Assembly (NCBI RefSeq): GCF_009914755.1 | Contig: NC_060930.1 | Source of the DNA: the human T2T-CHM13v2.0 reference genome, Homo sapiens | Length of the DNA: 64,000 nucleotides | Reading direction: 5' to 3' (one strand) | Shown: in pieces, positions 1 to 12,450 of the stretch | Layout: each line of letters begins with the position of its first letter | Numbering within the stretch: the stretch's first letter is position 1 | The notes under the pieces: generated by a model | Seen by the model: the letters and a program-made list of their open reading frames with translations, nothing else | What the model was told of the DNA's origin: nothing | Databases searched by the model: none | Program-made: the position numbers and the translations under genes

Positions 1-1214
1 GAAACTTGAATTCTTCCCCGGTCAACCCCTGCACTGTCCCCTCCCTCTGTCTCTGCTCCTCATCTTCCCTCCACCTTCCCTCCAGCCCCTTCAGTTTCTC
101 TTATTTGGCTTCCTCCCCAGAGCTGGATAGGTGTTTCCAGGTCAAGACAATTGGTCGATTCCATCAAAACCCACAGCAGGTGGGGCTTTGAAAAAACCAG
201 GAGTCTGCAGATTTATTCTCGCAACACTTTTCACTGCTTGCCTGAACTTCTCACTTTTCTGTAGGCTGAGTTGGCATCTGAAGACCCTCTGCTGTTGGCC
301 ACAGCAGCAACTCAGAAGAAGTGGGAGGATTTAGGAGTGCAGAGAGCAGAGAAGCTGCTTTGGGCATTTTCAGCCTAATAAGCCTTCCCGGGCATCCTGC
401 CAAATGACCTTGGGGGGCCTGTGGGGTAACCCTCGCCACCTGCTAGCATTCAGATTCACCCCGTGTAAGCCGAGCTGGATTTGTGCACTTCCCTCCTCCT
501 GATGCTGGTGTGGCTCAAGCCACTTCAGAAGCTGCATCCTATGCTTCCAGGGAGATCCTACGGGAGCCCTGGATGTGACCTGACTCTGAGCAGCATTTGA
601 CATGCTGATACCCTTTCTCCCCAGGCCTCTCTCCTGCCTGCACCTGCTGCCTCACCTTTCAGGCACCTTGGCAGGCTGACATGTAGGCACCATGTCATTC
701 CCTAAACTGCATTGTATTGGCTCTGAACTTTCAGTGAGTGTGTTTCTCCTTGGCTTGGAACCTCCCATCTCTGTCTCTCCCACCCTGGCATTCACACCCT
801 TCATTCACTCGGGGCTGCATCCGTCAGGAGCTCCTGAACCACCTGTTTCTCTGGCTGTTTCGGAAATGGGTCTCATTGGGCGAGATGCTGGAACAGGGGA
901 CACAAAATACACACCTGCCTCATCCCTGCCTCTCGGGATCCAGCTCACATCTCTTCTCCCACGCCTCCAGATCCCTCCTCTTACCTTCTTGCTCCCCAAG
1001 ATAGGTGATCTTCTGGGCCCCAGCCAAACTCCAGGGCCCCACTCTACTGGATGGCAGCCAGGAGGGGTGGTTATAAACTGACAAGCAGCTCCCAGTTGCC
1101 ACGCCTCAGCCAGACTGCTTGTGAAGCGTCTCAGGTAGCATCCTGCCTCCTCCCAGCTTAAATGTCATGTCTCCAGGAAGCTCCCGAAAAGGAGACAGCG
1201 TGTGTCAGACTAGA

Positions 1215-1345
1215 AAGTGCCTCTGCTTCAAAGTCAAGAAAACCTAGGTTTAAACTCCAGCCCAGCCATCTTCTAGCCATGTTGGGGATGTGACATAGCC
1301 CCCCAGGCCTCCGTTTCCACTCCCAGTCATTGGGGGAAATGGTCA
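1215..1345 (+). mobile_element. MIR SINE fragment
   Basis: aagtcaagaaaacctaggtttaaactccagcccagccatcttctagcc...ggcctccgtttccactc resembles the MIR core. Confidence 0.55.
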
Positions 1346-1394
1346 TGGCCAACTCTTCCAGAGGACAAGGCATGGTTCCCAGGGTGCTATAGAT

Positions 1395-1825
1395 ACTAAT
1401 TCATTAAACCCTCACAACACCCCAGAAGGTGGGCATTACTATTATCATCCCTGTTTTGTTTTTTATTTAAGTTCTGGGATATATGTGCAGAACGTGCAGG
1501 TTTGTTACATAGGTATACATGTGCCATGGTGGTTTGCTGCATCTATCAACCCATCATCTAGAATTTAAGCCCCACATGCATTAGGTATTTGTCCTAATGC
1601 TCTCCCTCCCCTTGCCCCACAACCCCCAACAAGCCTCGGCGTATGATGTTCCTGTCCCTGTATCCATGTGTTCTCATTGTTCAGCTCCCACTTATGAGTG
1701 AGAACATATCATCCCTATATTACCAGTGAGGAAACTGAGGCAGAGTAGTTACATCACCTACCCAGGGATACATAACTAAAAACTGGCCGCCTGGACCCAC
1801 CATGCCCTTAACCACTATTACACAC
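1395..1825 (-). mobile_element. MIR SINE interrupted by L1PA insertion
   Basis: tcattaaaccctcacaacaccc...gtgaggaaactgaggcagag...cccttaaccact; MIR halves flank the L1. Confidence 0.75.
1453..1706 (-). mobile_element. L1PA 3' end (5'-truncated LINE-1) with 10-bp target-site duplication
   Basis: T-rich tail, then aagttctgggatatatgtgcagaacgtgcaggtttgttacatagg...cccacttatgagtgagaac; TSD TATCATCCCT at 1443-1452 and 1707-1716. Confidence 0.92.
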
Positions 1826-2021
1826 TGCCTCGCACACATGCCTCCTCACTCACCGGAATGCAAACACCCAGGTGTTCCTGGCACACAGCAGGAACACAGT
1901 CATGCAAAATGGTCTTAGGGTCGTTGTTTTTTTAGATGTGGGGCTTTCAGGCAGGCCCACAGGGTCTAATAGGTATAGTGGGGGAAACCTGGGCACCTTC
2001 TCAGGTAAGTCGAGAGCCTTG

Positions 2022-2766
<745 letters not shown>

Positions 2767-3669
2767 CTCTTTTGGTTCCAGCTTCTGTTTCTTAAAACAA
2801 GAAAATGATGCTAGAAAACCCTGTGCTTTTCTGGGTCTTCAAGGACAATGACCTCAACCATCCCAAGGGTGGTCCTGAAGAGACAGCCCCAGCCACACTC
2901 ACTCTTATGGTTGTCGGAGACTAGGGCTTCATGAGTAAACAGCCACAGTGCACCCCATATGTGCAGGAGGAGCCTCCAGGGGTCAGTATGGCCCCAAAGT
3001 CTCTGAGATGGGGCAGAGGACCCTTGCTCCATAGCAAGCCAGCTGCAGCCTGGGCACCAGCACTGAGCCTATGTGTTTGACCAACTGAAGTACAACAAAG
3101 GACAATTGATGCAGCGGTTCTGCTTGGAGATGGCAGCCAGACCTTGAGAGCATCGCAGGGAAGAGAGACAAGGATGTGAGCCCAGTAGGGCCCCTGGAGG
3201 AAAAATGGAAAAGGAGGGACTTGGGGGATGGCTTGGGAGGGATTCCACTCCGTACTAGAGACAAGCACCGTCTGTATGATGCTAAGCTGTGTGTGTGCAG
3301 GCGAGGAAGGTGTGGGGAGGGCAAAACGAGGTCCCAGGCCTCAGGGGCTGGTGGGGTGTCATGAGATGTGTGCTCAAGGGGTGCACAGACAGCTTCTATA
3401 GGTTGTGCCATCAGCACTGGAAACTGAGAAGTTGTTTTTGTTTCAGTGGAAAGATATGTTATGATGTACATGGAATGGGGATGATGAGGCTGAGGAAGGG
3501 AGCCCTCATCCCTTCCCCTAAAACTAAGCTCTTCTCACAGCTGCTTTTAAAGCAATTTCACATTTCCTACTCTGTCGACTTCTCACTCTTGGCCATTCCA
3601 CCTTGTACAATTCCAGGGGGCACCATGCTTGATGTAGTCCAGGCTGACAATGCTCCTGGGATGTGCTGC

Positions 3670-3800
3670 CTGTGAGATGGGTCTACCCTTCCCAGGTTAC
3701 AGAAGAGCAAACTGAGCTTCAGAGAGGATGGGTGAATTGGCCAAGGATGCACAGCTAATTAAAGGTAGGACCTGAAAGAGCATCCAAGGATTTAGAATCC
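3670..3800 (-). mobile_element. MIR fragment
   Basis: ttacagaagagcaaactgagcttcagagagg...ggccaaggatgcacagcta. Confidence 0.65.
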
Positions 3801-4927
3801 CACCCAAGTGTTTTGCCCTAGAGTGGTGGTGTGACTTTCCTTTAGTTTCTTTCCTCCTTAAAATATATATTAAAAGCTATATGTTATGGTTGCATTGGTA
3901 TAAGGATGAATGTAGTCCAGGCTAGATTGTGTCTGATGGGCCCAGCGTGGCCTAGGAAGCCCCTTCCTACTGGGCTCCAGCCTGGCCTGATTCCGTTCAG
4001 CCCATGCCACAACCCTGTACCTTAGTCAGACTGGGCCTTCCATGCCCCATCCACACTCAGGGCCATGCCAGAACCTGGATTATAAAGTATGAAGGCCTTT
4101 TCCCCCTCCCCACATTTATTGAAGTTATCTGGGCTGGTGTCTGCCTTCTGTCTGCCGCTACGTTTCTCCAGACTTATCTCCTCCAAGAAACTTTCTTTGA
4201 TAACACAGATGTATTAGGAGCTGCCACTAGAAATTCTCTTTGTATGAAACCGTCTTGAATTCCCTTTGAACCTGTGTCTCCCCAACCTCACTGTAAGAAA
4301 GGCAGGGCCCACATTCTCTTGTGTGTATGCATCACCACCCATCCATACTTCCAGCAATGCCTGGTGCAGAGCTGGGTACACGGGGAACCCCATAGGTGCT
4401 GAGTTAGCAGGGGTAGCCCCTAGGTCAAACTTGCTGTTTCCCATTCCCTGCTTTCCACCTGGCAAACTTGTATACACCCTTCAAAGCTCAACACTCTTGG
4501 TCTCTAGAAGCCCTCCTTTATAACTTTCCAGACAGAGTTAATCTCTCCACTTGCCTGCTCCCCTTAATTCCCAGCATAGGCTCCATGGGAAGAGGATACA
4601 ATGCCTTCCTCTCATCGTCACTTTACTTGGCTGTTTCGCCACCACACTGGGGCAATCCTGAGAGCAGGCGTGACCCACAGCCCAGAACAGGCCTCGGATG
4701 TTGGTGGCCCAATGGACATCTTCTGCCCCAGTCCGGCTCACACTCACTGGCAAGTAGAATCAGGAGTGGCATCCTATTTCCAGCCTGCCTGGGCTGGACT
4801 CCAAGGAATATCTCAGGCCTGCTACAAAGTAGCTTAGGCATCTAGTTCCCCAGAGTCTCTTCCCACCTTCTCCTTTAATTAAACTCACCTTCGACTCTTG
4901 ATGATCAGGAAATGGATTATCTAGGTC

Positions 4928-5092
4928 AGCAGTCTCCAATCCCAACCACATATTAGACTTACAAGGAGTTTTACAAAATTCAGTGCCTGGCTTCCAGCAG
5001 ATCAATTACATCGGGATTTCTGGGAATGGGACCCAGAGTATTTTGGATATTTTTTAAAAGGCTCTTCAGGTGAGTCTGATGATCAGAGGGGT
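4928..5092. mobile_element. MER5A-like hAT-Charlie DNA transposon
   Basis: cagtgcctggcttcc...gatcaattacatcgggatttctgggaatgggacccag...ttttaaaaggctcttcaggtgagtctgatg. Confidence 0.7.
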
Positions 5093-6239
5093 GGAAGTAA
5101 CTCATGTTGGTGGTGGTTTTCTAATTAGAAGTGTCTGCCTTTTGTTCTCATGATGTCTTAGTTTTGGCTCATCTCCTGAGTCAAGGGCTCTCCTCGAAGG
5201 CTGGCTGGGAAGAGGTCATGGCTCCTAGAGCTGATGGGGATCTCAAGGGATGGTGACACCTGGCTGCCTGCTTTCAACAAGGTTATCTACGTTGTCTGTG
5301 GTCCCATGAGAAAACCAAAACCCAGAGAGGTTAGGTGTCTTTCACAAGGTCACACAGCCAGTGGATGGCCACAGTGAGTTATAAATCAGGTTCTTTCAAT
5401 AAAGATTTGTTGGTGGGCTGGGGCAGGGGTCAAATGAGGCTCCAGAATGGCGCTGAGTGCATGTTTTCCCAGCACATCACCTGCTTTCCCAGCAGGCGCT
5501 GCAGGAATGGGCGAGAGTTAGCTCCATTTCCCTCAGTAACAATTCCCTGGTGGCCTCAGCTAAGCAGCCAGCTTTGGGCACATCCTGTCCCACTTGTCTC
5601 CTCCTAGGAAAGAGACCCCAGCTGGAAGCGCGTTCTCCCCTCCCTGCTCCTTCCAGAGTGTTTTGCTGAAAGAGCTGCAGGCAAAGCTCTTTAGCGCCAT
5701 GGTGGTGAGTCATCCGTGCCCCTCTTTAGAGACCCGACGCTCCTCTCCAAGCTCGGGAAGGAGAGATGTTTAATTTATCAGACAATGCCACAAGATGTTG
5801 TTTACATGCACACCGGATGTAACACAGACGCAGCAAACCGTGAATATGGTAAACCTGTTTGTGGCTTCTCCTCCGTGTCATAATTAAAGAGACAGTTGAT
5901 TGGATCACATGTGCAAAGTGGCAGCATCAGGGCGGGAAGCCACAGGGATAAGCCGGCACCAGGGGATGTAATGTCCTGTCCCCTGCTATGCCAGGACGCA
6001 CCCCTGCTGCCATCCTCTTCCTCTCAGATGGAATGGCTGTGTGCCCTGCTGCCCTGTACATGCTTTCTCTTCCTGTCTCCACCCCTGAGTTGGGGTCTGA
6101 GCCCATACTCTGTGCTATCATCTTATTTGGTCCTCAGAATAACCCTAGGAGACCAATGCTATTATTGGCCCATTTTACAAATTACAAATAGACAAAAAGT
6201 GCTAATAATATTAATTGCCACCATTATCACCACCACCAT

Positions 6240-6415
6240 GGTTAATATTTGTATATGTTTACTCTGTGCCAAGCTCTAAGCCCCTTATACATTCATTTAA
6301 TCCTTGCAACAGCCCCGTAAGTACAATTAGTATCCTTATTATACACATGGGGGAAACTGAGGAACAGTGAGGTTGAGCAACTTGCCCACAGTCACACAGC
6401 TGGAAAGCAGCAGTG
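6240..6415 (-). mobile_element. MIR
   Basis: tttactctgtgccaagc...catttaatccttgcaacagccc...ggaaactgagg...acttgcccacagtcacacagctgg. Confidence 0.8.
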
Positions 6416-6620
6416 AGGAAATAATCCATTCACTGATGGAGTGAGAGCAACTGGAGATCCAAGGGTGAATGGTATAGACAGCCCACCCCTCACAGAGCAG
6501 GTGAATTAACCTGCTGAGTACCCCAGGGTTGGTCAGTAGCTGAGCCAGGGCTTGAGCTAGGTACTCTGGCATCCTGAATTTGGTTTCCTTCCTGTCTGAC
6601 CATGCTCTCAGTCCTTTCCA

Positions 6621-6669
6621 ATATGTGCATGTGTGTATGTGTGTGTATGCACACATGCACATATGTGTA
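6621..6669. repeat. Alternating purine-pyrimidine (TG/CA/TA) tract containing an 18-bp inverted repeat
   Basis: Arms ATATGTGCATGTGTGTAT (6621-6638) and ATGCACACATGCACATAT (6647-6664), one mismatch. Confidence 0.85.
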
Positions 6670-6879
6670 GTGTGTGAGGCCACATTCTGAAATACATTTT
6701 CTATTGATACATTTAATTTGGAACCAGCTAGTGGTTTTGGCTATCCAGCTGATCACATGGTAGGTTTCAACAAATAAACTAAAGAAGTTAAACTGAATTG
6801 AATCTAGCACCACTCCCTTCTCTGGGCTTCTAGGGACTGGAAATGTACAAAATTATACTCTGAGGAGTTGGTATAGGCA

Positions 6880-7095
6880 AATAGTTGAGGCACAGGTTCG
6901 GAAATTTTGTCTGGCTTAAAACCAAGTTCCCACACATAACCAGATAGAAAGCCTTAGGCATTTGCTTCACTTCCTTGTGCCTCAGTTTTCTCATTGCAAA
7001 GGGAGATGATAATGGTTCCTACCGCAGGAGGTTAAGTGAATATTAAGCTCTTAGAATGCTTGGTACCCAGCACTCAATAAGTTACAGCTATCACC
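6880..7095 (+). mobile_element. MIR
   Basis: ccttaggcatttgcttcacttccttgtgcctcagttttctcattgcaaagggagatgataatgg. Confidence 0.7.
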
Positions 7096-7939
7096 ATCAT
7101 CTTCATCACAATTAATAGAAGCGATGTCTCTCCCAACCTCTTGCCAAAGCACACTTGGGGAGACTCCCTGTCCTCCAGCCTAGTCATAGCAACCACCACT
7201 CAGAAGAGGGCTTCCCACTCCTGAGCTGACAGTGGCTGCAGTGCCATGGGCACTGGCCCTACAAGACAAGGCACAAGGGTTTTAGTGCCAGCTCTGACAC
7301 TAGACAAGTCGCTTTCTCTCACTGGGGCCTCAGTTTCCTTATCAGTAAAATGGGGAGCAGCTAAGCTACTTCTGCTAAGTTACCACTAAGTAACTTTCTA
7401 AGATCCCTTCTGGGTCTCACTTTCTAAAATTTCCAGGAGCCTCCCTCCCGTCTCTTTCCTGCTGTGGTCCCCTTTCCTGGGAGAAGCATAATCCTGAGTG
7501 GGTTTTGCTAAAACAACGTGAAGGAAGATCCTCAATTTCTAGATAAGCAAGCTGAGACTCAGCAGGAATCCAGCCAAGTTCGTGGCAGGACTGGCTTGGG
7601 GCTCAGGGCCGCTGGCTCCCCTGTCGTCACCACAGAGCCCACCTACAAGGCATGGGCTCCATTTGGGGGTTTGAAGACCATGCCAGGATGGAGCCTGGGC
7701 CACGTTCCTCCTTCTCTCCAGCACGCAAGGCCCTGCCAGCCCTAAGAATCTGTGCTGCTGTGAAATAAGTTTGGAAAAAATAATTTTGGCTTAAAGCCTG
7801 TTATTTTTTTCTAAGGCCTACTTCTAGGAAAATGTCAAGGATTCCTGAGAATTGATGTTTGAATGCAGACACGAATCTATTTCCCCTTTTCACGTCTTTA
7901 TACGAAATCCTCATGGCCTAGTAGGAAGGATAAAAGTGA

Positions 7940-8144
7940 ACACTGATTTAATGCTTGTTGTATACCAGGCTTTCTTCTAAGAACTTTGCATATATTAACT
8001 TATTTACTCTTTATACAGCACTGGGTATTATTATCCCTGTTTCTCAGATGAGGAAATGGAGGCCAGATGGCTCCATTTACATGGCTAGATATTGATGAAG
8101 CTGGGATTTGGTTCCACTTGTCTGGCCAGGAGTTCAGTTCAGGC
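7940..8144 (-). mobile_element. MIR (continues after the Alu at ~8455-8480)
   Basis: attattatccctgtttctcagatgaggaaatggaggccaga...gctgggatttgg. Confidence 0.7.
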
Positions 8145-8454
8145 TTTTTTTCTTTTTTCTTTCCTTTCTTTTTTGAGATGAGGTTTTGCTCTTTCACCCA
8201 GACTGCAGGGCAGTGGCACAATCATGGCTCACTGCAGCCTCAACCTCCCTGGGCTCAGATGATCCTCCCACCTCAGCCTCTGAAGCAGCTGGGACTAAAA
8301 GCATGTGCCAGAACACCGGTTATTTTTTAAATTTTTGTAGAGATGGGGGTCTTACTATGTTGCCCAGGCTGGTCACGACCTCCTGGGTTCAATGAATCCT
8401 CCTGCTTCGGCCTCCCAAAGTGCTGGGATTACAGGTATGAGCCACCACACCCAA
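8145..8454 (-). mobile_element. AluJ
   Basis: Alu dimer with J-type features (atcatggctcactgcagcctcaacctccctgggctc; gggtcttactatgttgcccagg). Confidence 0.93.
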
Positions 8455-8489
8455 TGGAGTTCAGACTCTTAACCACCATGTACATCAGG

Positions 8490-8725
8490 GATTATGCTTT
8501 GGAGCTGGGCAGTCTTAGATTTGAATCCTGACTCCTTGCCCTGCTTGCTGTGTGGCTTTAAATGAGTCTCTTATTTCTCTGGGCCCCACATGCCTCCCCT
8601 GGAAATAAGAATAAATCCCTAGCCTGCAGGGAGGGTTGTGATTAGGACTTATCAATATTACATGTCACCATGTCGCATATGGGGCCAGGTGGAATACAAG
8701 CGCTCATTAAATGGTAGCTATTATT
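8490..8725 (+). mobile_element. MIR
   Basis: gctttggagctgggcagtcttagatttgaatcctgactcc...gctgtgtggcttt...cgctcattaaatggtagctattat. Confidence 0.75.
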
Positions 8726-9032
8726 TGTGACTTAAAGGAATATCAGACTGCTGACTGGGCACTTAACTGCAAAACCTAATGATTCTGAAATTCATAATAG
8801 CTAAGATGGAGCCTAAAATAATGTCACCTATACATCTGGAGGGAAGGCTTAGAAAAATCTGGGCTAAACATCCACAGAGAATCTCTCTAGAATGCTTATA
8901 TATTAATCACCAGTGCCATGCTAATTTGAGGGAGTCACCAATTGCTGATGGGCCCCTGACAAGCATCTGGGTCTGTTCTGGAATGTAAATCTTCTGGGGG
9001 CTTTAGTTTTGAAGGAAGAAAAGCATTTATTG

Positions 9033-9354
9033 GGCCCAGTGCAGTGTCTCACGTCTATAATCCCAGCACTTTGGGAGGTGGAGGCAGGAGGATCACCTGA
9101 GGTCAGGAATTTGAGAACAGCCTGGCCAACACAGTAAAACTCCATCTCTACAAAAAATACAAAATTGGCCAGGCATGGTGGCACATGCCTGTAATCTCAG
9201 CTACTCAGGAGGCTGAGGCAGGAGAATCACTTGAACCCAGGAGGCAGAAGTTGCAGTAAGCAGTGAGCTGAGATTGTGCCACTGCACTCCAGCCTGGGCA
9301 ACAGAAAAAGATTGTCTCAAAAAAAAAAAAAAAAAAGAGAGAAAGAAAAGAAAA
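9033..9354 (+). mobile_element. AluS with A-rich tail and 17-bp TSD
   Basis: Full dimer; TSD AAGAAAAGCATTTATTG (9016-9032) vs AAGAAAACCATTTACTG (9355-9371). Confidence 0.97.
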
Positions 9355-9744
9355 AAGAAAACCATTTACTGAAAAGCAGTCCCTGGTTCAGAATTTCATC
9401 AATACAGATAAGTCCTATCTCGGGGATCAGAATCAGTTTGCTTTGAATTTGCTTATTTTTCTTGTTGGGTATGGAAGGCACCTTTGAGAAACTGAGACCC
9501 CAGGATTCTGGTGTACATGTAAGACCAGGGAATAGTCCACGAAGGCAGACCTAAGGATAGGGCTCGCCTGTCCCTTCCAGTTGCCCAGTGACTGTGCCAA
9601 ATGCTCCCTGGGTGAGGTTAGGCTAGCAGAAGGGCAGTGTTCAGATCTGAGAGGTTCCTGTGCCCGGGGGCAGGAGATGAAGGGTGAAGACTCAGTCCCA
9701 CAACCCTGTCATCCAAAGCCTCAGTTTCACAGCCCTAAAGTTGA

Positions 9745-9975
9745 AGATTGCTGAAATGCTATAGCACCAGGCCAGACCATGCAATGATGCTGTTCTAAGT
9801 GCTTTACATATGTTCACTCGTCTAATCCTTCCAGCAACACAGTAAGCTGGATCTAGCCATTGTCCTCATTTCACAAGGGGGCAAGTGAGGCACAGAGCAG
9901 TTACCAGTTACCTAGCTTGCCCAAGCAGCTAGAAGGGATGCTGGGTTCTGCAGCCAGGCAGTGTGACATGGGGGC
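9745..9975 (-). mobile_element. MIR
   Basis: tgctgttctaagtgctttacatatgttcactcgtctaatcc...gtgaggcacagag...cttgcccaag. Confidence 0.75.
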
Positions 9976-10495
9976 TGGCCCTTGTATCCCTTTGCCCTTT
10001 GTGTTATTGTCAGTTGCCATGTAGAAAAGGAGCTACTGTCAGAGAGGGGTGGGGAGGATGGAACATGGGAAACCTTGGCTTCTGAAACTCACTCCTCCCA
10101 GTGGGCCCAAGTCTAAAGAGGGTTTCTCTGCTGGTCACTTGGAAGGACGTGAATAGAACCAGACCCGGATGACAAGTCCCATAGAGGTCCCAGGTTCTCA
10201 AAAGAGGTCCTGGAACACAGATGGATGGACCAGAGTCAGGAGAAGATGCTACGTTCTGGAGGCCCCTGGGGACCACGTGGAGGAGCCTCCACCATCCTCA
10301 GGGGTGGAACCACATCCTCCCCTTGGGGGAATCCTGTCCCTGACACACCCCCACCTGCCTGCCCAGCCATCTCCAGCACTCCCCAAGATCTCTACTTTTC
10401 CTTCTGGCAAGGGGTACAAAGACAGCAAATAAAACCTCCAAACTTTTTTAAATTTCTTTTTCTTTTTTCTTTTTCAAAGATGTCCCTAGTCTGTG

Positions 10496-10509
10496 GTTGC
10501 CATGGCAAC
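10496..10509. promoter_or_regulatory. RFX X-box (perfect palindrome)
   Basis: GTTGCCATGGCAAC matches the RFX consensus exactly, outside recognised repeats; occupancy unknown. Confidence 0.6.
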
Positions 10510-10949
10510 ATCTGCCAGCTCCTCTGAAGTCAGCGCTTAGCTCCCTCCAGCAGCCTCAGCAGCCTCCCCCACTGCGCCCTCCTTCTGCACACCCCTCCGC
10601 CCTCGCCCTGCCCATCTCAGCTCCACCCCAGGCCCTGCCTCCCCCTCCTGGCCAGGCCAGCTTTCTTTGGGATGGCTCAGGCTGGAGTGGAGGAGGACTT
10701 CAGAGGAACTCAGAGTACAGGCAGATAAGTGACAGTAATGGGCTCCCGGGTGGTGCAGGCCTGCCAAGGACTCCCGGACATGACTAGGGCGCCTAAGGGG
10801 CTGTGCCCACGCCACTGCCAGCTCCCTGTCCCTGCTGCAGCCACTGTCCCTCTGTTCCCTTGGCCTCTCCCCGTTCTTGGAACTCTCACTTCCTCCGCCA
10901 AAGCCCAGAAGGCACCAGGGTGGTTGAGAAGAAAGAGTCTGTGACAACT

Positions 10950-11110
10950 CATCAGCCACTTACTCGCTGCCTGACTCTGGCAAGTTATTTCACCTCTCAG
11001 ACCTCACTTTCCTCATCCACAAAATGGGTGCCTAACACTTACTTTAAGGGTTGTTGTGGGGCATAAAATAGAAAACGTGTGTCAATACCAGCTACGCTGT
11101 AGATGTTAGA
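10950..11110 (+). mobile_element. MIR
   Basis: gccacttactcgctgcctgactctggcaagttatttcacctctcagacctcactttcctcatccacaaaatggg. Confidence 0.8.
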
Positions 11111-11404
11111 GTGATGCCATTTCCCATCTCTCTGCTTTTCATTTCCATCCTCCCTTCTACCATCTTCTCTCCCCTTGAACCTGGGTTTCTTTGCCCTCCC
11201 TGCTCTGTCTCCTTCCTGGACTTTCCCACTATTGCGCTGGCAGAGTTGGTGGCACCCTAATGGCTTCCACCTTGGGGTTCACCCGTGCTTCCTGGGGTCA
11301 CAGCACTTCTTGGGGAAGGTGAGGTGGGAGGTGCTTGATCTGCAGAAGAGACAGCCTTGACCTCTGATGGGAAGCCAATGAGGCTACAAGAACAACAATG
11401 GCAA

Positions 11405-11560
11405 CGGATCCATTTATTGAGCACTTATTGTGTGCCAGTCTCTATTTCAGGAGTTTTTCACAAATCAGCCCATCTAATTTTAACTTCACACCTATGCAGA
11501 ACTTACTCTTGCTGTCCCCATTTTATCTCTAGGGAAACAAAGGCTCAGAAGTGGCAGGAA
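11405..11560 (-). mobile_element. MIR
   Basis: catttattgagcacttattgtgtgccag...ccccattttatctctagggaaacaaaggctcaga. Confidence 0.75.
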
Positions 11561-12324
11561 ATGAGGAGCAGCAATTCCATGATGTGGGCATGAGAAGGGG
11601 GAAGGAAGATTACCTGGCAGCTTCCAGACGGAAGCAGGTCTTCCTTCCCTCCCTTTACCCTCAGGTCTCAGTTAGGCTTTGAGACAGGTTCTGACATTAT
11701 ATCCCAAATCCCCCTGAGGAGCATCTGAATCCCTGAAAGCATCCTTGGTTCCAAGTTCAAGGTCACACACAGTCTCCTGCCCACCACATCATCCTCCCTC
11801 TTGAGCCTGTCAGCATTCCTGGCTCAGAGAGAATAGCCGCCTCTGTCCCCTCTCCCTGCCAGGAGTGCGGGCTGTCTTAGCATACACAGTAGGCAGAATT
11901 TGCTGTCTCCTTTGGCAAAACCTTTACCAAGGGGATCTTGAGGGGCTTTCTGTGTACCCATGCCAGCTCCAGAGGGCCAGGAGCTAGCTATGCCCTTCTT
12001 GTCACCTCTGCTTAGCAGTGAGACAGTACCAACTGCCTCCTCATCATAAAGGAAATAGTTTCATTCCAGGAGGAAGGATTTATGAGAAAGCAGACAGCGG
12101 GCCCTGACACGGATGGAGTGTGGTGCCGATCCAGGAGACAGGGTCAGCTGAGCACTCTCATTTCGGAGGCCTCTGCCAAGCTGTGTGATCAGCAGCTAGT
12201 CTCTAATTTTCAGCTGTCTAATGCAGGCCCAAACTAAGGAGCAAGGACTCCCCAATGGATCCTGCCCCCACCCGCTGAGCCCCAAAGCAGTCCCTCCTGG
12301 CAGCTTCTTCAGAGGCCTAGGCCG

Positions 12325-12450
12325 GTGCCTCTCTCACCATAATGTGCACACAAATCACCCAGGGGACCCCAGAGAAGAGCAGATCCTGATTCAGGGAGTC
12401 TGATGGGCCCTAGATACTGCACTTCTGTGCTCCCTGGACTCTGATCCCGC
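12325..12450. mobile_element. MER5-like DNA transposon fragment
   Basis: aatcacccagggga...cagatcctgattcagggagtctgatgggccctagatactgcacttct. Confidence 0.5.

Noticed and set aside
3605-3625. CTCF-like CCAGGGGGCAC (weaker matches near 33578 and 60685)
   Set aside because: The 5' half of the motif mismatches; too weak to call without ChIP data.
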